Shown here: positions 1 to 13,051 of the stretch, piece after piece
Layout: each line of letters begins with the position of its first letter
Numbering within the stretch: position 1 is the stretch's first letter
NCBI GenBank assembly: GCA_008632985.1
Contig: QPGO01000180.1
Span: 35,332 to 99,331 of the forward strand
Length of the DNA: 64,000 bases
Reading direction: 5' to 3'
Source: Psammoneis japonica
Lineage: Eukaryota
Translations under genes and position numbers: made by a program
The notes under the pieces: model-generated
Told to the model about the DNA's origin: nothing
Database searches by the model: none
Seen by the model: only the letters and a program-made list of their open reading frames with translations

Positions 1-1
1 G

Positions 2-415
2 GTGCCGTGGCGATACGTCGACGGGAAAGAATTGCAAAACTTTCTCCTACAAAAGGTGGAAGATGGCTTCACATTCCCAATGAATATCAAATGGGTGCTT
101 TGCGACGAAGGATGGAAATCAGTGTACGACAAGCTCATGAGTAGCGACATGCCAGGTGTTAGGGATTCAATGGACGTCTGGTTTCCTAACAATGGTCTCC
201 GAGAAAGAATAGAACAAATCCATGCACGACATCCTAATGGCTTCGAAAGCAGTGATCTTACGGAAACCGAAATGAGTGGAAGTGAAGCGATGGATTTGGC
301 TGAGATGGAATTGAAGTACTATCGCACATGGCAACGTGCAAAATTGAAGCTTCGCGTTATTCTTCTTTTAATGAAGCTGTCCTCGAAAAGAGCCGATGAA
401 GCGAGCATCGATTGA
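2..415 (+). CDS. 3' part of a hypothetical protein (5' end outside the window)
   Basis: Frame open from the window edge to TGA at 413-415; ordinary composition; no recognisable domain. Confidence 0.45.
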   Translation: MPWRYVDGKELQNFLLQKVEDGFTFPMNIKWVLCDEGWKSVYDKLMSSDMPGVRDSMDVWFPNNGLRERIEQIHARHPNGFESSDLTETEMSGSEAMDLAEMELKYYRTWQRAKLKLRVILLLMKLSSKRADEASID

Positions 416-735
416 GAACACAGGAAGACAAGCTTGATGGCGTTAGGTTGGTGAAACAGGTGTTAGGGATTCAATGGACGTCTGGTTTCCTAACAATGGT
501 CTCCGAGAAAGAATAGAACAAATCCATGCACGACATCCTAATGGCTTCGAAGACAGTGATTATACAGAAACCGAAATGAGCGGAAGTGAAGCGATGGATT
601 CGGCCGAGATGGAATTGAAGTACTATCGCGTTATTCTTCTTTTGATGAAGCTGTCCTCGAAAAGAGCCGATGAAGCGACCATCGATTGAGAACAACAGGA
701 AGACTAGCTCGACGGCGTTAGGTTGATGAAAACAG
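153..735 (+). repeat. Imperfect tandem duplication, ~300-bp unit (153-456 and 457-~735)
   Basis: Both units start CAGGTGTTAGGGATTCAATGGACG. The second lacks 30 bp (TWQRAKLKLR) between short TCGC repeats. Confidence 0.95.
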
Positions 736-825
736 TATGCAACCTCTAGCGTGACAGATTCATTAGCGACGAAACACATCCTATGTACGAATGCCAACGA
801 ATGCGCAGTGTACGGTAGCAGCAAT

Positions 826-2675
826 TCAAACTATTTCTTTTTCGCACAAGGCATAAGAATGCTCTCGCGCTGTCTTTGTATTTCTCCCAAAGCTCCTCAA
901 GAACTTCGTGTAAAGTTTGTCCATCTTGTCATGAATGTCAAAATCCTTCTTGTTATTCCATATCTCCTTCACCTTGGATTCAGGGTGCGGGTTATGGACG
1001 ATAAATCCAAGTGGTAGTATTCTAAAGCCATATCCCATCATCCGCAAGTGTGATATGAGCTCAATTTTGTTCTTTCCGTAGCCATGGAAACGCTCATCGT
1101 AGTAGGGAGCGACCGGTCGCGGGTTGGACTGTGCCGCCGCCGCTACTGGACACCACCGCAGCACCACATACGGCTCATATCGTAGCGAATCAAAGCACTT
1201 GACTGACTTGATAGTCCGTTTCTCATTTTGTTTGTTGTCTGTCTTTTTCCCATCGTAGAAATCCCCCTTTAACCAAGATTCAGAGTGTGTCGAAAAGTGC
1301 CCCTCCCAATTCAAACTCTGTTGAAAGACCGAGCAGCTCTTTTCCGCGACACAAGTCTTGAGTCATCAAATGTATGAGGAATGAAGGACTGTTTTGTTTC
1401 AGAAAGGCTGCACAGTCCTCTGGTGTCTCACAAGGCGTTGGAGGTATGCGCTCGAACGCTGGCACAACCAAGGATGTTGTGTTCATGTCATTCGGGGATT
1501 GAGCCTGCAAGTCTTGCAGTGTACCACGAATAGTCTCTTGCAAGTCTACCGACGGTACAAAGTCAATGTCAGCCACAAGCACATGGCTGCTGGCCACCGT
1601 GTCGAGGCCAATGTTACGAAGGACATTGACTGGGGTATTCCCACTTTTCCTCTCCAGCAGGAGCCTGGTGAGTTATTATTTTCAAATGAGGAAACTTTGC
1701 TTGATACTCCTTCAACTCGTTGCTTAGACCTGGGTTGGCATCCTTGGCTCTGAGATACACCACTGCCACGACAGGGTCCTTCCATCTCGTACACGTTTCT
1801 CTAAGTATCCAGAGCCGATCAATGCTACTCTGAACAATCAAGGTTGTCTTGACATCCGTTGGAGACAGATTAGTTGGACAAGAGGATGTTGTTTCCAGCG
1901 TGTCTGTATTTTGAAGCGTTCGAAGGACACGGTTTGCCTTGGGTCCGTCCTCCTTCTGGTCGTGAGAACTGGCTTTGTCCGGTTTGAGTAGCGGTTTCGG
2001 TTGTTGATGTTTGATCTCCAAAGGCGCCTCTTCTTTGCCTATTACGTCATTCCCTGTATTTTCTTCTATCCCCATATCATTGCCATTCATTTCATAAGCC
2101 CGAAACCAGTCTGGCACGATCATTTGGTAGAGCTTCTTTCTCTTTTCCGCAAGATGCATACTCCCAAAAAGTATCTTTTCTCGTTCTTTTCGAATGAGTT
2201 CCACCGGCTTCTTTTGTTCTTGTGTAGGTCTCATATTTCCCAAATCTGCCGATGATTCTTCCTCCATTGAGAAATCGTCAAGCGGCGCTTGACCAGATAG
2301 CACTCGTCCATAATCCATCAAAATGCTGGTTGCGGGAACCAACACATGCCACAGCAAAACATAACTCGCAACGATCGTGCTACAAATGATACGAGACGGC
2401 GAGGAACAGAACCATCTATGCCAAAAGGTCCTTCGACGCAAATGTCGACGTTTCTTGTCCTTTCCCGGATAGTAGTGACCACCCAATAAGAAGTTGTTGC
2501 ACGTGTTGTTTGTGGGTGCGTGATAATGAGTCGGTAGTTGCGGAGACGTGCTACTGGAAGTACTCGAGCGTGTTCTCGATCGGCGGCGCCCATCGACATC
2601 ACCACCAGCACCAACAGTTTCCTTCGGTGGCGATGGCGAAGACTTTCGATGCCGTCTTCGTCCCGATGAGAACAT
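826..2675 (-). CDS. LARGE/B4GAT1-like glycosyltransferase (GT49), type II membrane protein; three apparent 1-nt frameshifts
   Basis: N-terminal TM; motifs YP(V)NVLRN, HVLVADIDFVPS, LVVPAFE, YEPYVV, YDERFHGYGKNK, FIVHNPHP split across ORFs 1614-2675, 1280-1597 and 826-1314. Frame is restored by single indels near 1633, 1388 and 1361. Confidence 0.85.
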
Positions 2676-3195
2676 GGTGATCTATTTCAATGTTTGTATT
2701 CAATTCTCATGTGTCTCTGACGCTGACATTCACTATCCCAAAATCAAAGTTTCAACGCCACCACTCTCAACTCTCTCGATAGGCCCTCTAGTAGAGACCC
2801 TAGACTCAATGACACGACGATTCTCTAAATAAGACACGATTATCGGCGATGAATGTCTTTCTTATTGATACTTTGTACAGTGTAAACACTCGTCACACGA
2901 CCCGGTCTCACTCTTGCGTGACATGGTGGGGTGCGTTGAGAGGCGTTGAATCGTTTGAGTTTATCGCCAATGGGCTGTTGTGTTTGGCGGATGCTCGACG
3001 AAATCAGACATACGGACAGACGCTGCTAAGGGAATTCGCAAAAAGTATATACATATACAACACCTCAATTAAATATTCAAATGTCTGTCGTTTCATTCCG
3101 GGTCCTCTTTTTTTGGCGCGTGGCGACACTTCAACCTCTTCAACAGTCACGACGGCACACGCACCTCTGGCACCAGTCATTCGAAAGAACCAACC

Positions 3196-4459
3196 ATGGC
3201 GACGAAAAAAGTACGCAAAAGCATCAAGAAACTATTCAAAAGCGGCAGCCGCAAGGAGCGTAAGGCTCGAAAAGCGGCTGAACAGGCAGTAAAGGAGAGA
3301 CCCGATTCCAGCAATGCTGTTGTTGTTCCTCAAGAATTGGCGACGGCTGGAGAAGCGCATGTCGATGACATTCTGGAGGTTGCCCCCTTGCCCATGACGA
3401 TTGACGACTCGTCCAAGCAAATGTTGGGCAGCTCACCGACGCATGAAAGTGCTGATGAAGTTTCGTTTCTGAACGAGAGCAAAAGCGGATCGTATATTCA
3501 GATTGTGTTGGTACTTATGGATCCCACAACTCGCCGATTTGAATTGCTACAGCTAGAATTCGATTCTTCCAAGGCGATTGTCGCTGACGTCTTGGCTCAG
3601 GTGAAGACAAGTGTAACGGAAGCGACGCTTCGGGAACAGACTTATACCGGAATTTGTACTCATGATGGTGTAGAAATGATTAACAATCTCAGTCTATCGC
3701 AGTTCTGCGCCGACAGCGATGTGGTGTTGGCGATTCCTGAAGGAACCAATAGCAAAGACTGCGCTAGACTTGCGCAGCCTATCCTAGGTGATCGTAAGGT
3801 TATGAGAATGGTAAGTGCATATTGAGAAAGAGATTGTGGGTTGTGTTATGTTTTCCTATGTTAATGTTCGTTTCTTGTTCTTTCGCACCGTTCATCTTTT
3901 GCTCCAGCTAAGAGCAAGCGGAATCGAATGCCCGGAAAATAAATTCGCAAACAAGGATATTCGCAGTTCCAAAAAGTCCGGTACCGCCCTATTTAAGCTA
4001 CTAAAGGTTGTGCTTGTGGCTGTGTTTGCCGTGGCTGCCCATTATGCGCATGATTTCATTTCAACACCGCTGGCTCCCGGAGATGTTCTCCTTCCTGGAC
4101 AGTGGCGCATCAGTTGCGGCTTGCTTTCCTTTTTGCCTTCACAGGAAACTTGGACCAAGTTGCATCTTCCCGAGTCTGTATCCAAGCCGATATCGTGTGA
4201 GCGGGCCATTTTGAAAATGCAAGCCGACGGAGTCTTGACGCTTTCGGGTAGTGCTGGTTGGAAAACGAGAAAAAGCGTCTGTGACATCGACCACCCGTCG
4301 TGTCAAAACGGACTCAAGGTCAATGACAATGGAAGTTTGACAATCGGGGGCAAGCAAATCAGTATCGTCAAGGCCTTAAATGGCGATGCAATGTTGACTC
4401 CATGGCCGTTTACAAAAGAGCCGAATGTTCAAGTCATCAAGGCAGCCAAGTACTGGTAG
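3196..4459 (+). CDS. Two-exon hypothetical membrane protein (possible ubiquitin-like fold, TM, possible bulb-lectin-like C-terminus)
   Basis: Intron 3811-3907 (GTAAGT...CCAG) joins ORFs 3196-3825 and 3815-4459 in frame; hydrophobic segment VVLVAVFAVAA; LKMQADGVLTL and LKVNDNGSLTI resemble B-lectin repeats. Confidence 0.7.
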
Positions 4460-4655
4460 GGGGGGTCGTGTTTGAAATATTATTACGTCTGTACATTTCA
4501 ATTCATGTATCTTGTGGAAAACGTGTTGATTTTGGAATGCATTGAATGACAGTCGCACTGAAAGCTGCAAACCGACAATCCTAGCCCTTTTTGAATCAGT
4601 GTACTGTACAATAAGTCGTTTCTTGGTAGTAAGTAGTAAACAAACCTATGGGAAC

Positions 4656-4775
4656 TCTTTCTAATGCGGCGTAGCTTGTTTTCTTTCTATATGTTGGTGC
4701 TCTAGCTAGATCGGGAATTTTTTCTTTCTAATGTGGCGTAGCTTGGTTTCTTTCTATCTGTTAGTGCTCTAGCTA
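4656..4775. repeat. Two 53-bp direct repeats (4656-4708, 4723-4775) between convergent genes
   Basis: TCTTTCTAATG(C/T)GGCGTAGCTTG...GTGCTCTAGCTA occurs twice. Confidence 0.9.
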
Positions 4776-4815
4776 TATGGAGTGTGTAACCCTTTTAATT
4801 GATATTTCGTTTCAA

Positions 4816-5973
4816 TCAGGCCCATGCGGTAGGAGTGAGGCCACTCGTTCCGAGCTCTTCAAGCTTCTGGAACGCTTTGGTGAAGTCCTTTTCGAACTTT
4901 GCACGGTCCTTGGCGTAAGCCTTCACATATTTCAGAAACTTCTTGTCCTCAAGCAAAACCAAGTCGGTTGGCAACATCATTAGGTTCCCGGCCGGTGCAT
5001 TCACATACTGATACGGGCCATCCCAATCCTTTTTCTCCCACTTTAGAGACTGCAAAATGGTAAAGTAGGCATTGTTGAACGTTGTCGGAGTCGGCGTCCA
5101 GGGGCCGTCATATCCGGACGCGGTCGTGTGGCAACGTCCGAGGGCATGAGCTCCACTGAGGCAAACAATTTCTTGGTCGTTAAAGCCCATGCGATAGAAA
5201 ATATCTCTCAAGTGTTGGGCGTCTTGCTCATCGGCTCCTTTTGGACCACTGTCGGCGTTGGGAAGGCGACCATCGGGCGTCACAGCAGAAGGATCCAACG
5301 CGTCGACACGTCCGCTACTCCAGGGAATCGTCGGTCCACCCATCTGCTTGATTGCGGCCACTGAATAGAGAGAAGTACAGCAGAAACAAAGTTGAGGATA
5401 AATGACAATCAAGATCCGACGATACTGTGCAGAAACTCAAAGAAAAGGTCAATCACAGGGGGAACAAAGCTTACCTCCAGCGAGAGTGTACAAATCAGCA
5501 TAGCTAAGGCCATCACCGGAATATTTCTTGTAAAGAGGTTCCATCCAAGTAACAGCCGTATCGCCTAGACCGGCGTTGCCGCCGTGTGCAAGCTCTTCTT
5601 TGAATCGGATCGTTCCTTCACCAGAACCTCCCGTCTTGGTCATTTTGTCGTAAGTTCCGGACGAATGCCAAGCCAAGCGGACTAGAGTTGGCCCCTTGTC
5701 CGCATCTTTTGCAACCAAATCAGCAATATCACTCGCAACAGCCTTGTAATCAACGCCGCCATCCGCAATTGCTGGAAGTGGGAGGGTCGTTGCGAGGCTG
5801 ACTCCGACTCCAGAAATCAGAAAAGCTCGACGATCAAAGTCATTCAGAACACTGCTTGAAAGAGAAACTCCGCTACGAGCAGTTCTCTTGGTGGTAGTCA
5901 TGGAACCAACAGAGAAGGCACTGACGCCTCCAGTAATGAGGGTGAGGCCGGTCCAGAGAGAAGAAAACTTCAT
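4816..5973 (-). CDS. Class I heme peroxidase (ascorbate/cytochrome c peroxidase family), predicted plastid/thylakoid lumen
   Basis: RLAWHSSGTYDK (distal His), LSGAHALG (proximal His), GRLPNAD, GPWT, MMLPTD; intron 5361-5474; signal peptide + VSA-F, then DRRAFL...AIA Tat-like segment. Confidence 0.9.
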
Positions 5974-6281
5974 GGTCAAACGCAGTCCGATCATGTCAAG
6001 AAAAGTGATGGTCAGGATCGCAGATCAACATCAAGGATCACAAAGTCGTTTGAATCCCTAGTACTGAAAGTGCCGTAGATCCTACGTAGGCCATAATTCG
6101 CGTATCTTTGATCTACGTAGGATTCTACGGAGATTCACTACCACATCTTGTTCAAGATCGCGCGAGGTCGAACGGAGTTCGAAAAAAGTTGTGACTCACT
6201 CATGCACTGCATCATCGCTTTCATTTTTTCACAGTATTTTCATCATTCGCAACAACAGCCGAGTGAGGCCTGTTTTTGACC

Positions 6282-7782
6282 ATGGTTCTCTCCAGCAAGC
6301 CATGTCACTTTGGTAATGCTTCCCAAAAATACATGACTGCAATAGTCCTGTTTTGCTGCTTTCTCTTGTCAAATGTTAGCGCATGGTCAATCAGTGCTAC
6401 CAAGCCATCAAATCCTGCTTTGAGTCGCCGACAAACGCTTGCTTCCATCCTTTCTTTTGGAACTGTTGCATTAGTACCCGGAAGGATCGTCCACGCCGAG
6501 GAAGAAGCATCCACATTGCAAGAGGCTGTACAGAGTGTTCAAGTGGTTGCCACCGGAGACGCCAAGAAGGTATGTTCATCGATCTCGAAAAGGGTTGCTG
6601 CATTGCTACTGGTACTGGGTACTGAAACACTTCTTTTTTGTGTTTCCGCTTGTTTTTTGTTATAGCTTTTTAACGAAGGAAGAGCTTTAGAAATGCAGGG
6701 TAACATGGCTGCAGCACAGCGGCTATATGCCAAGGTTACGAAGGTTGCTCCAAGAGTGAGTGCTTGAGCTGTTGATATGTTTTTTTACTGTCTCGCCCGC
6801 ATAATGCATCATCGTGATTTTGCTTTCCACAGTTTATCTACGGATGGAGCAATCTAGGAAATACTGAAGGTAGGAGAGTCTCTAAGTTTTTCGTGTCTTG
6901 TCAATAACCGTCAACCTTTTGCTAAACTATGTTTTCGTGGGCGTTGATCGCAAATCGCAACAGTTGCCTTGGGTTCGCTTAGCGGTGCCGAGGAATCATA
7001 CTCAAAAGCTATTACCCTATGCAGCGAGAACCTGAAAGCCGAGCAGCAATTTGGAGTGCCGCGATGCGATGACTTGTATGTTCTACTGCTGAACCGAGGT
7101 GCTCTTCGACTAAACAATGGATCACCAAATGTGCGTGTATAGACAAAGTATGTATGCAGCTACGTGTGATGGCATTGGTCGTGAAAATCTCACACATGAA
7201 CTTGTTTCGGATTGTACGGAAAGGAGGCATTGAAGGATTTGCAACGAGCCAATTCTCTCCGCGGAAAGCCAGATGCTATTGTTCTTGAGAATTTGGCACG
7301 AGCCAAGGTGAGGGAAGTAGTGGTTTCCGCGTCGGACTACAGTATGAATATTTCAGCGTGTTTTCTCACTGTGCTTGAATGCTCGTTGGTGGCCAAAGGA
7401 AATAAATGGCTTGTACTCACAAGCCGATCGTGACTATACATTGGCAATATCCATGACATCGAATGAAGTGAGTCCCTTTTGGCTGAGGTCGGCTCTCGTC
7501 AAGTATCAACTGGGTGATGTGAAAGGAGGTTACGATTTGTTGAGGCGTGTAGAAAACAGATTTCCCGAGGCTCCGGAAGTGCGAGCTGCGTACGCTGTGT
7601 TTCTAGCCGCCACGGGGGACCAGGTTGCGGCCCAAAGGAAATATTTGGAAATACCAGATAAGCAAAGACTGAGATACGTGAATAATGATTACCTGACAAA
7701 GACACTCTCCTGGCCACCAGCAATGATCGAGACTCTCTCCAAGGTCACAACAGCCGTGGGTGATGCTAAGAGTGACGCCTAG
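6282..7782 (+). CDS. Multi-exon TPR-repeat protein, predicted plastid/thylakoid lumen
   Basis: About six exons with GT-AG introns; TPR-like segments (WSNLGN, LLNRG, ADRDYTLAI, PEAPEVRAAYA); signal peptide, SA-W, SRRQTL...VHA. Start is ATG 6282 or 6333; some splice sites are uncertain. Confidence 0.75.
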
Positions 7783-8147
7783 GTAGCCCATAGTATCCTT
7801 TCTCCTCTCTACTACACTACTTACCAGCTACTCTCTACTGCTAGAGAGAGTACCGTACAGAAGGGCCTCTCTAGAGAGCTGAGCTAGCTCTAGCTAGCTA
7901 GAGCCTTTAGCCTGAGAGTACCGGCTTTTTCGCTCTTTTTCTGCCTTTTTCTGAATTTCTGTAAAATATTTGAAAAACGAGTCGCTTTCATACAAAATCA
8001 CCAACGATACGTTCAGTACACTTTCTACGCATTTTTGATTTTCAAACGCAGGAAGCGTAAGGCGCTTCGTTCAGAGTTTCAAGTTATTTCGACGATGAGC
8101 TGTTGTCGCAGACCGCTTGAGGCAGATTGAGCATAATAAAAGCCAAG

Positions 8148-9340
8148 ATGAGTGACCATCAAACAGAAGCTACTTCTAAGCCTGCAGCTCGCACGGTTGT
8201 GAATCCTTACGCTCAAAAGAAGAAAACTAGTCCGCCAAAACAGAATTCTGCTGTCTCAACGAACGGTGGGGCATTATTTGTTGCTCCCGCCGCCGCCGAA
8301 GTCCCACCCGTGTCATTCAGCCAGGCGTTTAGCTCCGTAGAGGAAACGCAATACTATCAAAATGAAATGGCCAACTGGATGTCAGACAATAATAGGCCTC
8401 AAGTGGATGAGACGGAAGCGGCTGAACGCGCCCAGCAACGCGCTTTCGATGCTAATCTCGCGTCTGAAGTCGGCGCGACAACCCCAGCAGCTTCTCAAGA
8501 GAACGTATCCGCTCGAGATCAACATGCCATGCTACAACCACATATACTACACGTATCTACCAAACAGCGCGGCAATGGCGTGTTGAAATTCATTCGAAAC
8601 GTGGCCTTTAGCTACAGCAACATGGTGCCGGATTACATTATGAGTTCCAGTCGGTGTGCGCTCTTTTTGTCCCTTAAATATCACAGCTTGTATCCGCATT
8701 ACATCCAGAAGCGAATCGCAGAACTCAAGAAGGACTTTGTGCTGCGTGTGCTGCTGGTTTTGGTAGATGTGGAAGATAATGACAAGGTGAGTCTACTTGG
8801 CAAATGCATGTCGTGCTACCGAAGGTGCCCGTTTACGATTATCAGAATTGTTTCCGACCCCCCTAAAGCTGATTTATTCTCTCTTGTTCTCTTGTTTGCA
8901 AGGCTTTGCTTTTCCTGAATAAGCTGGCCGTAATGAGCAACATGACGTTGATATTGGCATGGAGTGAAGAGGAGGCGGCTCGTTATTTGGAAACGATACA
9001 GGCGTACGATGGAAAGGATGCGAGCTCGATTCAGCGACGGGAACAAACAAACTTTTGTGATCAAGTAGCTGACGTGCTGGGGGCTGTGCGGAGTGTCAAC
9101 AAGACAGATTCTGCGCAACTCTTGGAAGAGTTTTCCTGTCTCAAATCGATTGTTGCAGCGTCAGTCGATGAATTAGTGACTGTCCATGGAATGGGCGACA
9201 AGAAAGTACAACGCCTCCACGATGCATTCCACAAACCGTTTTCAAGTCGAAAGGCAAGAAAACGAAAGGAAGCCAGCACCGTTGTTTCGAATGATATTGA
9301 TGGAAAGAAGCCAGCATCGATGGCCAATGACGAAGTTTAG
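8148..9340 (+). CDS. ERCC1: DNA excision repair protein ERCC1/Rad10
   Basis: VSTKQRGNGVLKFIRNV, PDYIM, ALFLSLKYH, RVLLVLVDVED, LILAWSEEEAARYLE and C-terminal HhH (SVNKTD...GMGDKKVQRL); one intron ~8788-8902. Confidence 0.93.
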
Positions 9341-9373
9341 AACGAAGTAAAATTTAGAACATTCGGCGTTCCC

Positions 9374-11843
9374 TTACATATCATAAACCCGGACAGACTC
9401 CTGCTTTGCTTTCATGAAACAATAAGACGAAGTGACTGGGTGTCCTTCGTCTGAAGACAAAGAAAATTCACTCAGCATATCCTCATTACTAGGTCCACTC
9501 TGCCGTGACGATTCCGCAGAGGCCTGCGATACATTGGAAGACGAGTGGACGAGTCGACGCTGCCTCACCTCCGACAAACGTTCTTTGTGACGACGAACAC
9601 TTTCTTCGTCCCACATTTCCAGGAACTCGTCGTAAGAAATTCGATGGTCGTGCTCCAAGTCTGCCTCCTCAATGATCTGGTCAAGATACTCTGGCGGAAC
9701 ACTGTCTCCCAAGAAATCCTTTAGATTGTCAGTGGTGATGTAGCCCGAGTCGTCGGAATCCAGCCTGTCAAAGCTTTCAGCGAGCCGCTCTTCGGTGATG
9801 GCACCATGGGCTTCAATGGTTGCAGCAAGAAACTCTGTATAGTGAACAACACCCGTTCCATCGAGATCCTGTTTTGAATAATCCAACAGCTGCAAATAAG
9901 CTACACCTGAAAAGGAAGCAGCGTCGACGCGAAACAACTTACCATTCCTTTAAACATCTTTTCGAGTTCCTCTTCCGTATACCCGTATGGTGCCAAAATT
10001 TCCTGGAACTCTTCGAGACTGATGGTCCCATTCTTGTCTGCATCATACTTTGAAAAAGTCTTGCGCAAGAATCCAATCTCCTCGGTGGTGGACTTGTGCG
10101 CCACTACCATCAACGCCAGCTTTTTTAGCGTTCCGTATTCAGCAAAGTTCTGCAAGGTGGCCTGCACAGCATCCATTAGTTTAATATCCTGGACGTCATC
10201 TCCAAATTCGGTATGCATACTCAACCACGTGTGCTTTGATGCTTCCAATGCTGTTGGTCTGAGGTCTGGATTAACCTGTAATAGCGACCATACAAAGTGC
10301 TTCGCCTCGGGAGCAACGTGCTTCCACACGCGACCTTTGAAGGAGTACGAGCCGTTTAATATCTTCTTGATCACATGAGACCTGGGTTGAAAGAAAAAAG
10401 GACAAGCATTTGAGAAGAATCTTGAAAAGCCAGCTACGACCAGAGCGAGATCAGCGCGCATACCTTTTCTTCCCATAAAAGGGCATTGTACTGGACAGCA
10501 GCATAAAGGAAATCACTCCAATGCTAAACAGGTCGCACTTGTTGGTATAATCCCTTTTTATCACTTCCGGAGCCATCGTATACACTGTGCCTGTTACAAA
10601 CAAGTCATTAAAATTATGTGAAAACAAAGCGCAATTGGGAAACTATCATGTTGCAGATTTAACGAAGACTTACCTACAGTGTCGTGCATCAGTTGCTGGT
10701 CAAACATCTTGCTCAATCCAAAGTCAATGATCTTTACTTCGGCATCACGAGCTTTGCTGGTAAACTATGTTGCAAATGATAGAGAAGGAGCAAATGTTAG
10801 AACGAGTCGTTGCTTTCGAAAGAGCGGCAATGTTACAAATAAATCTCGAAGCAGTATTCAGAGGAACGCATTGTGAACGTACAACGCAGTTTTCATATTT
10901 CAAGTCCCTGTGAGTGATGTTGTGATCATGCATATAAGCAACAGCGCTGAGAATAGACCGAATAATCCGTGCTGCCTCGGCCTGGGAATAGGGGTCGCGG
11001 GTGTATAAATCTCCGCCGGAGCATAATTCCATCAAAATGTACATTTGTTTCCGATGCTCAAAGGTTTCAATGGGACGGACGATGTTTGGATGATCGAGAC
11101 CTCTCAATATTTCCACTTCATTTCTCAACTCCGTAATGTACGTTTCGTCTTTCACGCAGTCCAAATTGATGGATTTCAGGGCGTAGTAAATGTCTCCGTG
11201 GATGTAAGTTATGAATGTTGATTGCTTGCGCTTATAGCTGCCCCGTCTCGATTCCAAATCTGAAGTGCTTGCTTTTTCAAAGAGATTCTTTTTCTTTTTC
11301 TCTTGAAGGATTCCTGCACAAATCTGGAAGAAAGATCCAATCAATGGCACGTGGAAACACACTTCCAATTTCGAATGTTCGCTGTCTACGTATTCTGATC
11401 GAGCTGACCCTCCGACAGCCCCGTCTTTCTTTCTAACTTTGGAAACGGATCCCATCGATCCCACGCCCAAAACTTCAACCACGTCAAAGTAGCTGCAGTT
11501 ACCAGAATGCGTACAATGAGAATAATCCGATGCGAGACAGCTGATTCAGTGTTATCACGTTGGTCATTACTTACTCATGGGGGTTACGTTGCTTGCGACT
11601 CCTCATTAGATGATCAAGCAACCCTGGATTGCTATGCTTCGACAGGCTGATGTTTGACCTAATGGAAGACATCGGCGTGGACTGCAAGGAAGAGCTGGGA
11701 TTGGTCCGTGTCGACAACGTTGACAACCCATGTTCGTCCTTCCAGCGGACGGATGAGCGGGTTGAACCTCTGTTAGAATCGTTTTCTTTCACCGCCATCT
11801 CCATAGATTCATTGTCAACAGAATTTTTTAGGGAAGATGTCAT
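9374..11843 (-). CDS. Calcium-dependent protein kinase (CDPK-like, kinase + EF-hands), multi-exon
   Basis: LGVGSMG, YALKSI, LDHPNIV, HRDLKYEN, DFGLS, YTMAPE; junction LKKLAL; EF-hands DADKNGTIS, DLDGTG, DSDDSGYIT. Confidence 0.92.
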
Positions 11844-12330
11844 GTTTTTTTGCTTTAGCGAAAGGAACGACTGAGGGCATTCGTCGCCAAAAGCATTGCT
11901 TCTACATCACAGTATCTCGCTGTGGATGAAGAGATGTTGAAGGGAGTTACAAGATTGAGGAGCTTTCCAAATTCCCCGCCAACTCGGAAGAAAAGCAATC
12001 GTTCATCAACTTCCGTTGAGAATATACCATATATATTCATTATCGAATTAAAAACAACCAACGGACACATGCTGACGTCACCAACGCAAACTCAACGGCC
12101 GGCCGGTCACGTACAGTACAGTACGTACGTACGTGGGGCCCCATGTATGGTATCAAGTCACAGAGACACAGCGCGACAGAACAGAAAGCAAGATAGATGA
12201 CTCCATTTTTTCTCAACGCATCTTCATCTCATCTCAATCTGTAAACGCTGAACGCACCGCAACAACTCTGCCACACCTGCTCCTGTTGTTATTGTGTCTG
12301 CCAATTTTGTAGAAAAAGAAAGCTTTCAAG

Positions 12331-13051
12331 ATGATACAAAAGGCCTTCCTCTTGACTGTTGTGTTGCTGCTCGTTGCTGCGACGTTTGGTGCCACGAGAC
12401 AGCACGAAGGCAGACGAGCCCGTGACTTTGATAGCTACCACGGACGTGATCGTGACAGTCCCGTGACCGTGAGTTCAACATCAAAAATTTTGATAATAGT
12501 GCTATTTAGTCTTGAGAAAATTTTCGCTCACGAGATTTTGCAAATAATTGATTTCTTGACGCCTCGTAGGAGGAACGTATTCTGGAAAACGCACGAAAGC
12601 GCAAGCGGCAGCTTGAAATTATGATTGAGGGCAGCGAGAAGAAGATCCAGGCTCATTATTCGGGTACCAACGTTATGGAGGCGAAGGTAAGAGCAATAAT
12701 AAAAAAGGGGTTTTTCAATGAAAGCTGTTTGACTTCCAACAGAACCAGAAATCGATGTTTTCGTAACTCACGCATCTCTTTTGCTGGCTGACAAAACGAC
12801 ACGCCATGAACAGGAGTTGGAATCATTGGAAAAGAGGGTAAAGCTCATCAAAAATAAACTTGACAATTGGGCTGAACCTGGCCCTGGTGTAAGTGAGACC
12901 TGCGAGGTTTAGTTGAGCCGTCAATCTATGTACTTCTAGAAAGTCCCTAACCTCGTTTGACATGTTGAATGTTTCTTAGGAAATCGAGATGATGATGAAC
13001 CGGGAGGAACGGCGGACCCAAAGGAGGCGAAGTCGCGCTCGAGAGTTTTAG
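12331..13051 (+). CDS. Small four-exon secreted/ER coiled-coil protein
   Basis: Signal peptide MIQKAFLLTVVLLLVAATFG; three GT-AG introns give a continuous frame (EERILENARKRK...; ELESLEKRVK...; EIEMMMNREE...REF*), stop at 13049-13051. Confidence 0.7.

Noticed and set aside
474..689. 71-aa ORF as an independent gene
   Set aside because: It is the duplicated 3' fragment of the upstream ORF.
12073..12140. TGACGTCA palindrome and (GTAC)n run in a divergent promoter
   Set aside because: A bZIP-type site is plausible, but it is too short to support without conservation data.
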